In this document: positions 11,385 to 25,200 of the stretch, piece after piece
How positions within the stretch are numbered: position 1 is the stretch's first letter
Layout of the letters: each line of letters opens with the position of its first letter
Origin: Eledone cirrhosa
Taxonomy: Eukaryota
NCBI GenBank assembly: GCA_964016885.1
Contig: OZ024742.1
Coordinates: 211,172,001 to 211,236,000 of the forward strand
Reading direction: 5' to 3'
DNA length: 64,000 nucleotides
Notes under the pieces: generated by a model
Seen by the model: the letters and a program-made list of their open reading frames with translations, nothing else
Databases searched by the model: none
What the model was told of the DNA's origin: nothing
Program-made: the position numbers and the translations under genes

Positions 11385-14300
11385 ATACTTAGTAATAAGA
11401 CATATACATATTCCACAGGTTAATAAGACATATATATATTCCACAGGTAATAAAACATACATACGCCACAGCTAATAGGACATATACATACTTAGTAATA
11501 AGACACATACATACTTGGTAATAAGACACATACATACTTAGTAATAAGATACATACATACTTTGTAATAAGACACATACATACTTGGTAATAAGACATAT
11601 ACTTACTTGGTAATAAGACACATACTTACTTGGTAATAAGACATATACTTACTTAGTAATAAGACATATACTTACTTGGTAATAAGATACATACATACTT
11701 TGTAATAAGACACATACATACTTGGTAATAAGACACATACATACTTAGTAATAAGATACATACATACTTTGTAATAAGACACATACATACTTGGTAATAA
11801 GACACATACTTACTTGGTAATAAGACATATACTTACTTAGTAATAAGACATATACTTACTTGGTAATAAGATACATACATACTTTGTAATAAGACACATA
11901 CATACTTGGTAATAAGACACATACATACTTAGTAATAAGATACATACATACTTTGTAATAAGACACATACATACTTGGTAATAAGACATATACTTACTTG
12001 GTAATAAGACACATACATACTTGGTAATAAGACACATACTTACTTGGTAATAAGACATATACTTACTTAGTAATAAGACATATACTTACTTGGTAATAAG
12101 ATACATACATACTTTGTAATAAGACACATACATACTTGGTAATAAGACACATACTTGGTAATAAGACACATACATACTTGGTAATAAGACACATACTTAC
12201 TTGGTAATAAGACACATACTTACTTGGTAATAAGACACATACTTACTTGGTAATAAGACATATACTTACTTAGTAATAAGACATATACTTACTTGGTAAT
12301 AAGACACATACATACTTGGTAATAAGACACATACATACTTGGTAATAAGACACATACTTACTTGGTAATAAGACATATACTTACTTGGTAATAAGACACA
12401 TACATACTTGGTAATAAGACACATACATACTTGGTAATAAGACACATACATACTTGGTAATAAGACACATACATACTTGGTAATAAGACACATACATACT
12501 TGGTAATAAGACATATACTTACTTAGTAATAAGACATATACTTACTTGGTAATAAGATACATACATACTTTGTAATAAGACACATACATACTTGGTAATA
12601 AGACACATACATACTTAGTAATAAGATACATACATACTTTGTAATAAGACACATACATACTTGGTAATAAGACACATACTTACTTGGTAATAAGACATAT
12701 ACTTACTTAGTAATAAGACATATACTTACTTGGTAATAAGATACATACATACTTTGTAATAAGACACATACATACTTGGTAATAAGACACATACATACTT
12801 AGTAATAAGATACATACATACTTTGTAATAAGACACATACATACTTGGTAATAAGACATATACTTACTTGGTAATAAGACACATACATACTTGGTAATAA
12901 GACACATACTTACTTGGTAATAAGACATATACTTACTTAGTAATAAGACATATACTTACTTGGTAATAAGATACATACATACTTTGTAATAAGACACATA
13001 CATACTTGGTAATAAGACACATACTTGGTAATAAGACACATACATACTTGGTAATAAGACACATACTTACTTGGTAATAAGACACATACTTACTTGGTAA
13101 TAAGACACATACTTACTTGGTAATAAGACATATACTTACTTAGTAATAAGACATATACTTACTTGGTAATAAGACACATACATACTTGGTAATAAGACAC
13201 ATACATACTTGGTAATAAGACACATACTTACTTGGTAATAAGACATATACTTACTTGGTAATAAGACACATACATACTTGGTAATAAGACACATACATAC
13301 TTGGTAATAAGACACATACATACTTGGTAATAAGACACATACATACTTGGTAATAAGATACATACTTACTTGGTAATAAGATACATACATACTTGGTAAT
13401 AAGATACATACATACTTAGTAATAAGACACATACTTACTTGGTAATAACACACATACATACTTGGTAATAAGACATACTTAGTTGGTAATAAGATACATA
13501 CATACTTGGTAATAAGACACATACATACTTGGTAATAAGACACATACTTACTTGGTAATAAGACACATACATACTTGGTAATAAGACACATACATACTTA
13601 GTAATAAGACACATACTTGGTAATAAGACACATACATACTTGGTAATAAGACACATACATACTTAGTAATAAGACACATACTTACTTGGTAATAAGACAC
13701 ATACATACTTAGTAATAAGACACATACATACTTAGTAATAAGACACATACTTACTTGGTAATAAGACACATACTTGGTAATAAGACACATACTTAGTAAT
13801 AAGACACATACATACTTGGTAATAAGACACATACATACTTAGTAATAAGACACATACTTACTTGGTAATAAGACACATACATACTTAGTAATAAGACACA
13901 TACATACTTAGTAATAAGACACATACTTACTTGGTAATAAGACACATACTTGGTAATAAGACACATACTTACTTAGTAATAAGACACATACATACTTGGT
14001 AATATGACACATACATACTTGGTAATAAGACACATACATACTTGGTAATAAGACATACTTAGTAATAAGACACATACTTACTTGGTAATAAGACATACTT
14101 AGAAATAAGACACATACATACTTGGTAATAAGACATACTTAGTAATAAGACACATACATACTTGGTAATAAGACATACTTAGTAATAAGACACATACATA
14201 CTTGGTAATAAGACACATACATACTTGGTAATAAGACATACTTAGTAATAAGACACATACATACTTGGTAATAAGACACATACTTGGTAATAAGACACAT

Positions 14301-17300
14301 ACTTACTTGGTAATAAGACACATACATACTTGGTAATAAGACACATACTTACTTGGTAATAAGACACATACATACTTGGTAATAAGACACATACATACTT
14401 AGTAATAAGACACATACATACTTGGTAATAAGACACATACATACTTGGTAATAAGACATACTTAGTAATAAGACACATACTTACTTGGTAATAAGACACA
14501 TACATACTTGGTAATAAGACACATACATACTTAGTAATAAGACACATACTTACTTGGTAATAAGACACATACTTACTTGGTAATAAGACATATACTTACT
14601 TGGTAATAAGACACATACATACTTAGTAATAAGACACATACTTACTTGGTAATAAGACACATACTTACTTGGTAATAAGACACATACATACATGGTAATA
14701 AGATACATACATACTTGGTAATAAGACACATACTTACTTGGTAATAAGACACATACATACTTGGTAATAAGATACATACATACTTGGTAATAAGACACAT
14801 ACTTACTTGGTAATAACACACATACATACTTGGTAATAAGATACATACATACTTGGTAATAAGATACATACATACTTGGTAATAAGACACATACATACTT
14901 GGTAATAAGACACATACTTACTTGGTAATAAGACATATACTTACTTGGTAATAAGACACATACATACTTGGTAATAAGACACATACATACTTGGTAATAA
15001 GACACATACATACTTGGTAATAAGACACATACATACTTGGTAATAAGACACATACATACTTGGTAATAAGATACATACTTACTTGGTAATAAGATACATA
15101 CATACTTGGTAATAAGATACATACATACTTAGTAATAAGACACATACTTACTTGGTAATAACACACATACATACTTGGTAATAAGACATACTTAGTTGGT
15201 AATAAGATACATACATACTTGGTAATAAGATACATACATACTTGGTAATAAGACACATACATACTTGGTAATAAGACACATACTTACTTGGTAATAAGAC
15301 ACATACATACTTGGTAATAAGACACATACATACTTAGTAATAAGACACATACTTGGTAATAAGACACATACATACTTGGTAATAAGACACATACATACTT
15401 AGTAATAAGACACATACTTACTTGGTAATAAGACACATACATACTTAGTAATAAGACACATACATACTTAGTAATAAGACACATACTTACTTGGTAATAA
15501 GACACATACTTGGTAATAAGACACATACTTACTTAGTAATAAGACACATACATACTTGGTAATAAGACACATACATACTTAGTAATAAGACACATACTTA
15601 CTTGGTAATAAGACACATACATACTTAGTAATAAGACACATACATACTTAGTAATAAGACACATACTTACTTGGTAATAAGACACATACTTGGTAATAAG
15701 ACACATACTTACTTAGTAATAAGACACATACATACTTGGTAATATGACACATACATACTTGGTAATAAGACACATACATACTTGGTAATAAGACATACTT
15801 AGTAATAAGACACATACTTACTTGGTAATAAGACATACTTAGAAATAAGACACATACATACTTGGTAATAAGACATACTTAGTAATAAGACACATACATA
15901 CTTGGTAATAAGACATACTTAGTAATAAGACACATACATACTTGGTAATAAGACATACTTAGTAATAAGACACATACATACTTGGTAATAAGACATACTT
16001 AGTAATAAGACACATACATACTTGGTAATAAGACACATACTTACTTGGTAATAAGACACATACTTACTTGGTAATAAGACACATACATACTTGGTAATAA
16101 GACACATACTTACTTGGTAATAAGACACATACATACTTGGTAATAAGACACATACATACTTAGTAATAAGACACATACATACTTGGTAATAAGACACATA
16201 CATACTTGGTAATAAGACATACTTAGTAATAAGACACATACTTACTTGGTAATAAGACACATACATACTTGGTAATAAGACACATACATACTTAGTAATA
16301 AGACACATACTTACTTGGTAATAAGACACATACTTACTTGGTAATAAGACATATACTTACTTGGTAATAAGACACATACATACTTGGTAATAAGACACAT
16401 ACATACTTAGTAATAAGACACATACTTACTTGGTAATAAGACACATACTTACTTGGTAATAAGACACATACATACATGGTAATAAGATACATACATACTT
16501 GGTAATAAGACACATACTTACTTGGTAATAAGACACATACTTACTTGGTAATAAGACACATACATACTTGGTAATAAGATACATACATACTTGGTAATAA
16601 GACACATACTTACTTGGTAATAACACACATACATACTTGGTAATAAGATACATACATACTTGGTAATAAGACACATACTTACTTGGTAATAAGACACATA
16701 CATACTTGGTAATAACACACATACATACTTAGTAATAAGACACATACATACTTGGTAATAAGACACATACATACTTGGTAATAAGACACATACATACTTA
16801 GTAATAAGACACATACATACTTGGTAATAAGACACATACATACTTGGTAATAAGACACATACATACTTGGTAATAAGACACATACATACTTGGTAATTAG
16901 ACATATACTTACTTGGTAATAAGACATATACTTACTTGGTAATAAGACACATACTTACTTGGTAATAAGACATATACTTACTTGGTAATAAGACATACTT
17001 AGAAATAAGACATACATACTTAGTAATAAGACACATACTTACTTGGTAATAAGACACATACTTACTTGGTAATAAGACACATACATACTTGGTAATAAGA
17101 CACATACATACTTAGTAATAAGATACATACATACTTGGTAATAAGACACATACATACTTGGTAATAAGATACATACATACTTGGTAATAAGATACATACT
17201 TGGTAATAAGATACATACATACTTGGTAATAAGACATATACTTACTTGGTAATAAGACACATACATACTTAGTAATAAGATACACATATACTTAGTAATA

Positions 17301-17570
17301 AGATACATACATATTTGGTAATAAGACACATACATACTTGGTAATAAGATACATACTTAGTAATAAGACACATACATACTTGGTAATAAGACATATACAT
17401 ATTTGGTAATAAGACACATACATACTTGGTAATAAGACACATACATACTTGGTTACGAGCAAGACAACCAATCTTGCCTCAAGTGGGAAAATTCCCGTCC
17501 AAACCCATGCAAGTGTGGAAGATAGACGTTAAACGATGATGATGATACATACTTGGTAATAAGACACATA
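11385..17570. repeat. 23-bp minisatellite (GGTAATAAGACACATACATACTT)n with 19- and 17-bp deletion variants, about 6.1 kb
   Basis: Direct periodicity. The 23-aa periodic minus-strand ORFs equal three units. Confidence 0.97.
17454..17544 (+). mobile_element. 91-nt RTE/SINE 3' tail insertion with 13-bp target-site duplication
   Basis: ATACATACTTGGT at 17441-17453 and 17545-17557 flanks CGAGCAAGAC...GACGTTAAACGATGATGATG. Confidence 0.85.
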
Positions 17571-17675
17571 AGTACTCTATGATTAGTTTTAGTGATGTAT
17601 TTTTTACCAAAAGAGTTCAATATTCAGACGAAGATATATGTATGCCTTATTTCTATTTTATTCTCATATTTCTAG

Positions 17676-17746
17676 AATGAAGATCGACCAAACAATGCTG
17701 CTGAAAATATTGGAAAATCTGCCCGATTATTAATCCACCAACGCAA
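17676..17746 (+). CDS. NAPG: gamma-SNAP exon (NEDRPNNAAENIGKSARLLIHQRK)
   Basis: TAG/GTATGT boundaries, 71 nt. Matches NEERLRQAVELLGKASRLL. Confidence 0.92.
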
Positions 17747-18528
17747 GTATGTTTAGATTTGAGTTCCAAGATCATCATCATTACCATTTAATGTCCATTT
17801 TCCATGCTAGCATAGGTTACATAGGTTAGATGAGCTGTCCTGTTGTGAGAAAAGTCAGATCAGGTGACTGTCTTGCTCATACAAAACAGTTTCTGGTTTG
17901 GTTTCTATGGCTGGATGCCCTTTCTAATGCAAACCACATTTACAGTGTGGACTGGGTGCTTTTTATCATCCACTTTCCAAGCTAGCAAGGGTTGGACCAT
18001 ACAGCTATACTTGTGCCTACTTATAAGGATAAAGATCCCATAACTCTTTGTGGAGTCGTAGAGGCACCTTTATACAGCGTGTCTAGGGCACTTTTAAACC
18101 TGGTGGAGCCCAACCAGGTCTGAACACAGTTGATTTTTTCTATAGAGGAAGAATCGACCCCAGTACAGGACTGGTACTTTTTTTATCATCCTCGAAAGGA
18201 TGAAAAGTAAAGTTGACCACAGTGGGATTTGAACTCATAGCTCGCAATGAGGTGGTATGAATACCATAAAGCTTTAATGACTCTGCCAATTTGCCGCCTA
18301 AAAGAGCAATAAATTTAGCTACACTTAAAAGGATAGTTGCCACTCATCTTTTATAGATATAGTGACATCTATAATAATTAAAATTACAATGTAGAAACAC
18401 ATTAATAATTTGTGTGTGTGTGCGCGAGCGTGTGCATTTAAATTATTTTTGCTTCCCTTATTAATGTTACTGTTAATTTTAGAACATTCAACTCAATTAT
18501 ACATCCATATATTTTAAAACAATTTCAG

Positions 18529-18687
18529 GCTTGAGCAATCAATTGAATATTTAAAAAAGGAAATACATTACCATAAAAAGACTCAGAACTGGCCTATGAT
18601 TGGTAAAGCTGCTGTTGGTGTGATCATTCTGTATTTACACAATGAAGATTTTGCAGGAGCTTTTAATTTTTACGAAGAGTGTTTTAA
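18529..18687 (+). CDS. NAPG: gamma-SNAP exon (LEQSIEYLKKEIHYHKKTQNWPMIGKAAVGVIILYLHNEDFAGAFNFYEECFK)
   Basis: CAG/GTAAGT boundaries, 159 nt open in the expected phase. Matches KE...ENYP...VLVHLHRNDY. Confidence 0.92.
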
Positions 18688-18867
18688 GTAAGTAAAAGTT
18701 TGCTTCTATGTAAAAATATTAAAAACCTGCTTGAGTACAGTATTATATGTTTTTCCATAAAATACTTATTTTATAAACTTTATTGCATCATCATCATTAT
18801 TATTCTTGAATGCTCAACATTCCACGTAGAGCATAAGTTGAATACATTTGTGGTATAACATATTAGG

Positions 18868-19236
18868 TCAAGTCAGGCTTCTGCCTGCTACTGGCACCAT
18901 GTAACCCAGAACAACCTGCTTCATGGTTGAGTGGTTGGCAACTAAAACAGCTCCTTCACCAGACCCTGGACTGGTGAGGAAGTAAGTGTAACTCCAGTGG
19001 CACAAAAAACAAGAGCTGTTAAAAGGGCAGATGAACTCCCTGTGGGTCCTGTCATAAGAAACCATTTCCAATTGATCCAGTTGGATCACCAAGCAAGACC
19101 AGCCAAGCTCATGGATGTTATCCAGCCATCTTGCTTGGGGTCTACTTCTGGGTCTCCTGCTGGTTGGTTTTACTTGTAAAATCTGTCTGGCAATTCTTTC
19201 CTGAGACATTCTAACTACATGTTCATTTAAATACAA
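18868..19236 (-). mobile_element. Old LINE C-terminal fragment
   Basis: HVVRMSQERIARQIL...RRPRSRPQARWLDNI motif typical of RTE-like ORF ends. Confidence 0.55.
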
Positions 19237-19887
19237 ATACTTTAAAACAAATTATAGCTTTGTATCATAGAACCAGGGATTATTTCAGGTGACTTGGTAT
19301 CATTGTCACAATAACTAGAATGGTTTGCCATAGTATCTGTAAAATCTTTACAATGAAACAATATAAACAATACACAAACATTAGTTTTGTATGAGAATCT
19401 GGCTTAGATTTCAGTAGGATTGAAATTATGCATGTTCCAATTAATGTACAGATATATAAACTAACATTGACAGGTGAATATTCAGACTTCTATAATTAGG
19501 AATGAATTCTTCAACATGTTACATTACAACAAACACATACATTTTAACTCTTTGATTACCATGTTTCTAATGAAAGACACTGCTTATGATTTTCAATTTT
19601 GTTAATAATGAAAAATTTGGAAGGATTTAGTCATATAATTTTCATTATCAAGCTGGTTTCTGGAACCTTGCTTAACAAAGGTTCTTACATAAAATTATGA
19701 TGGAAGATTTTTAGATAATATAATCAGCTTTTTATCATAAAACCAAGGGTGGGTTTCAGGTGGTTTTGTATCAAAAGGGCTAAAACTAGAAACATCTTCA
19801 AACTTCAGCAGCACTTCAAATTTTATATCATACAACATAAGGAATGCAATGAATTCATTAATAGTTTATGATATGCCTCTATTCCAG

Positions 19888-20017
19888 GTGTCCAGCACTT
19901 TCAGACGGTGACGATGCGGTGTATATGTACAGACTTTTGAAAGCCTATGATACTGCAGATGATGCAGCTGGAAGAGCTGTTTTAGATTCTTCATTGATAC
20001 GACACATGGATAATGCT
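19888..20017 (+). CDS. NAPG: gamma-SNAP exon (CPALSDGDDAVYMYRLLKAYDTADDAAGRAVLDSSLIRHMDNA)
   Basis: CAG/GTATGT boundaries, 130 nt. Matches LLEGYD...SPLFKYMDND. Confidence 0.92.
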
Positions 20018-21367
20018 GTATGTATAAATCCCTAACCATCTCCTTATTTTCTTGATAAGGATGTATAAAATATTTTATGTTAGGGAATAAATTTTTTTTC
20101 TTGGAAAAGAAAAGGAATGAAAGCAACTCTAATGAAGCTATTCTTTTCAGCAAGGAGTATTGCTTTAGTCTTTTATTATGGACTACAAACTAAAATGTGA
20201 AGAGTTCAAACTTTGTCACTTTTATTTTATTATCTTATTAATTATCATCATCATTTAAAACCTATTTTCCCTACTAGCAAGGGTTGGATAGGTCATCAGC
20301 TGACCAGGTTGGTACTCAAAGCAGGGGTACTAATTCCAGGATGGGTCAGGAGCCTACATCTCACTTACATACGTTTCTGCACCATACAGTGTTAAAACAA
20401 GCCAGCAGCCTGCAACTCGTTTATATACAATCCCTCACACTATCACATGCATTTTGTGACACCAGCACTGGAGAGTGGGTCGTGCCCTTGACATAAATAA
20501 AGGCTCCCTTTGGCTCTTTGTTTGGTTAGTTTTCTATGGTTGGATGCCCCTCCTATTAACAATACTAGGAATATTATTTACCTCAGACAACCCATCAGAA
20601 AAAATGAGTACTTGAGGTATTTGAACTCAAACCATAAAGGGGCGTAACTCTATGTTGCAAATCATGGCGTCCGACCTTCTACTGATACTGCCACCCCCGC
20701 AGTTTCATATGGTATCAAATGTTAGTTAAAGCATTGTCATTCCAAGAATTTAAGCAAATATCAAAATTTGTACAAACAGTGACATGGCCGTATTGAATAG
20801 AACATTGAGAATATGATAGAGAAAGCAACAGGCTCTGAAAAGTAACTGAATAATAACAGTTGCTTAGACAGTTGAGAATTAATTTCTCCCTGAATATGAG
20901 GCCACTCTCTCATAAAAAGACCTGATATCAATAAACTAAAGCATAATATTGAGTGTTTTGCTCATATACACACTATAACAATGATTGGGAGTTTGAACTT
21001 TTGATCTATTGACTGGTTGCCTGATATTGTATCTATTATACTAGTATCTTTTAACCCTTTCAATACCAATCTGCACAAAATTGCCCCTGATTCTATGGAA
21101 GGAAGCCACCCATTTTAAATGGTTCTGATTTAAATCAAAATTTTCCAACATCATTTTGTCATGTTAGAAATATCATCTTATTAACTGAAATAATTTTAGT
21201 AAATCCCTTCAAATTTTTCATTGATTATTTCAAATACAGTGTATTTTGTTACAAATATGGTAATGAAAAGGTTAAATTATTGGCAGACCAAAGAAGATCA
21301 ATGAAGAAATAGCCAGGGAAAACCTGAGAACACTAAAGTTCACATTGTGTAAAATAAAGTTGTTTAT

Positions 21368-22072
21368 AATAATAATTGTTTCTACTTTTGGCACAAGGCC
21401 AGCAATTATCCAGTGTAGCAGTGTATTACTGGTACTTTATTTTATCGACCCTGTAACGATGAAAAGCAAAATTAACCTTAGCGGGATTTGAACTCAGACC
21501 ATAAAGGGCCGTAACTCTGCGGCAAAGCATGGCGTCCGACCCTCTACCGATACTGCCAATCCACAATGGTTTTAATTTTGGCACAAGGCCAACAGTTTTG
21601 GAGGAGATTAAATCGACCCCAGTGTGTTACTCGTACTTCATTTTATTGACCCCGTAAGAATGAAAGGCAGAGCCAACTTCAGAGGGATTTTAACTCAGAA
21701 CGTAAAGGGACGTAACTACATACCCCAAAGCATATCCAATGCTCTACCACCCTAATTGTTTCTACTTTTGGCACAAGGCCAGCAAATACCCAGTACATTA
21801 CTGGTACTTTATTTTATCGACGCCGTAAGGATGAAAGGCAAAGTTAACCTTGCCGCTCTACCACCCTAATAATAATATTGGCAGCATCAGTAGTGTCAGA
21901 CGCCATGCTTTGCAGCATACAGTTATGGCCCTTTCCATTCTGAGTTCAAATCCCACCAAGGTTAACTTTATCTTTCATCCTTACCGGGTCGATAAAATTA
22001 TGCACCAGTAATGCACTGGGGTAATTGCTGGCCTTGTGCCAAAAGTAGAAACATTATTATTATTATTATTAT
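21368..22072. mobile_element. Cluster of four Meta-like SINEs (three on -, the last on +)
   Basis: TTGGCACAAGGCC..AAGGATGAAAGGCA blocks at about 21370, 21570 and 21755. Inverted copy at 21878-22055 with an (ATT)n tail. Confidence 0.85.
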
Positions 22073-22116
22073 TTCTTTCTCACCTGGGTATAATTTTTTT
22101 CTATTTTAATTTTCAG

Positions 22117-22281
22117 TTTGCAAAGCTGGCCCGTGACTTAGAAATCCCTGAAATAGGTACAAGGTCTCAAGACTGGGGCCCATCACCTAATGACCCAATA
22201 GATGAAGTGGCAGAAGCTGCAGCACGGCTTGCTGGTGATGATTTTATTGAAGAGGATGATGAAGAACTTGATTTACTGTAG
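22117..22281 (+). CDS. NAPG: gamma-SNAP last coding exon (FAKLARDLEIP...EEDDEELDLL*)
   Basis: TTTCAG acceptor. AKL..L motif, acidic tail and penultimate Leu typical of SNAP proteins. TAG stop at 22279-22281. Confidence 0.93.
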   Translation, partial: FAKLARDLEIPEIGTRSQDWGPSPNDPIDEVAEAAARLAGDDFIEEDDEELDLL

Positions 22282-25200
22282 TGTATCCATTTCGTTTTCT
22301 TCCACAGAAGAAATTTCTCTTTCTTTCTCCTCCCGCTCCCTCACTTCATTCCACTCACTTTCTCTAGTTCTACAACTTGTCATTTTAACTGGTTATCCAT
22401 TAAATTATCTTTGTTTCTTGATTCTGGTGTCAATGTTATGACCCTCAAATTCTTGCATCCTTCACACACACATGCCCATACAAGTTATCAAATAATTGTA
22501 TGTGTTAATACACACCTCCTTTGACATGCCCTTATATAAGCACAAACATACACATACTCTGACATACACATGTTTACTCACACATGCATTTGCACAGAGA
22601 TATGTTCATTCACACACACACACACTTGCACATTCTTCATTCATATAGACATGTTTTTTTACGTCAATTTTCCTCAATCTATGAATAACTGCCCTCATCT
22701 GTTAATTTCCAGTTGAAGTATGTCTGTTACTTTGAGGTTTTATATTTCAATTGTGATATTCTTATTGATAAGAAAACCTTTAACCCAATTTAACGTTAGA
22801 AAATACTTGTTTCACTTAATATTTATGTCATATTGGAACTCTGCTCCAGATCACACACACAAACTTGCATATATATATATGTATTCATTTTTTATGGCTA
22901 TGTGGTGAGACTTATTACTCTGAAGTTTCACCTGTTCCCTTGTAAGATCATCAGACAAAACTAAATTTTCAATAACAGAGACAATATAAAAAGGGAAAGA
23001 CTGAAGGAGGTGAGGTAGGTGTTTTTGAATGTGTATATCAGGAGGGAACGAAGGGAGTTATGAAAAGAGAAAGGTGAAGAAAAATAAGGAGGATGTGGCC
23101 ATGGTATGTGTTATGATGATAAGAATTAGTAAAAGGGGTGAAGTTTCAGGTGATGATGAATAGTGTAAATGAGGTAAATGGAAAATAATTTGGGTAGGTA
23201 GGTGGGTATATACCAATTGATGGGGGGTGAATAAAATATTTACTGAAAGATAGAATTACTGGAGAAAACAGGAATTAATAAAGAAACAGTAGAATGGTAA
23301 TGGCCTTTGTATTGTAGTAGTGGATTGAGTGAATCAAATGAAACAGTTCAGTGAATTTCTGTTTGTATGTGATGATAGTGATGAAAATAATTTTTGATGT
23401 GTAGGTGCATGTATAAAGTACTTAGTGGATAATAGATTTACTTTAGTAAACGGTAGAAGATATGAAAAAAAAAGAAGTAAAAGGGGAATGGAAAGGAAAA
23501 ACTCTAGAAGGGACGTTGGGTGGAGAGTGCAAACAACCTGAGTGTATGTATGTGTATAGGGTGGGTGTTGTTGGTTGGATGTGAGAGGGGGAGTTTTCCA
23601 CTATATGTATGATCCAGTACACATCACCTATGCTTATTCAAGCATATCAAATCCTTGAACAAACCAATCTGCACATCTGATAACTTTGTTATCATGGAAC
23701 ACTCACCAGATAACATGTGTAAATGTATACATATACCATTTTTACTTTAGAAAATCTTATGTAGATGAAGTATTCTGAATGCAAGATGTGAAAAACAAAC
23801 TGGATCAATAAATGTCAAAGCTCATAAATTCTATTGACCATTTATTGCAATCTTTTACTTTTTTCTTTAAATCAGCTCACCGCCATATCTGTTGTTAATA
23901 TTTTGTTATGCCTAACTGAATTTACTGTTCATATATGTAAAATTAATTCATATGAAACATTCAAGTGTTGCAGGACTTGTTTGTCAATGTTCAGCAATTT
24001 GTTGTTAATGTTTGCAAGATATATTGAAATTTAAATACTGTGATTAATAGTGTTCAGAAATGCAAGTGCAATATTATATACTGTCAAACAAGACAGAGTT
24101 GGTGATTGATGGCGATGTGACCAGTGAAATAAATAAGAATGGGGTTGGAATTAATAAAATGGAAGAGAATCAGGAAGATGTATAATGAAGGTAATGGGAT
24201 GTAAGTGAAAAAAAGGGTATCTAACTTCTCTTACAATAAAACCTAGTGAGAAAGTTATTGATGCAAGTAATTAAATTTGAATATAAGTTCATAGGTGAGT
24301 ATTAATGAGCTAAAGTGTTTGCAACATGATTCTGTGTAAGCTGTGTCTTTCCCCACTTCAAATCTCATATCAAACCGATTCTTCTAATTTTAAGTAATAC
24401 ATTTATAAAATGGGACCAATGGAAGTAACATAAAACAACAATATTGAAGTTTTCTATTATATATTCTGTTTACTAACTATTGATATTACCATGGTATGTT
24501 GGTATTTAGTTCCAGGTCAACCCTCATTGAACAGACCTATCATCAAAGACATTCCAGTTGTGACTATCTCATCTTTTTTAGGAGTATATCCAACATTACA
24601 TTATCTAATGTGTTCTTTAAGATGATAGGGTGTAAGTTGAGAGATATAGGTCAACTAAGAAGGAAATAGGTTAAGCTATTTCAAAGTTGATTTATTTTCT
24701 TTTAAATTTCCACAGAATGTTAATAATTTAAATTTTGTGGTGGAAACTCAAATATTATAAATAAAACAATATATCTGATAGCAGTAAAGAGGGGGAGGGG
24801 GGGGGGGGTTTAAATAATTTATTATTTTTTTTTTACCATTTACTAATTTTTATCCTACATTAAACAATTGAATTTTGTATGTAGGCACTGTTGCTCATCA
24901 GCTCATCAGTTTAATTTATTGCAAATGCTTAAAACTTTATAAATCAATATTGTAGTGTTCTGTATATGTTTTTATAGAGACATCTTTAAAGCATTGTTAT
25001 TCTACATAGAAGTAGCTACTTTTGAAATGTTATGCAAAAGTGTTTTGCCAAAACAAAAATATTTTCACTTAAAAATTTATCAATAGAAAAATTTCAACTT
25101 TTGGTTGGTATTTATTACAGAAAATCTTTATAGATTTTAAAAAAATGATATTGAATTTTCACTGGATGTATTAAACCATCAATGTATCTAATTGAAGTTA

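Noticed and set aside
11389-17335. Many ORFs repeating MCLITKYVCVLLPSMYVSYYQV
   Set aside because: Translation of the 23-bp minisatellite cycling through all three frames.
6375-17570. Possible CRISPR-like arrays
   Set aside because: Units are head-to-tail with no unique spacers, there are no cas genes, and the context is a eukaryotic intron.
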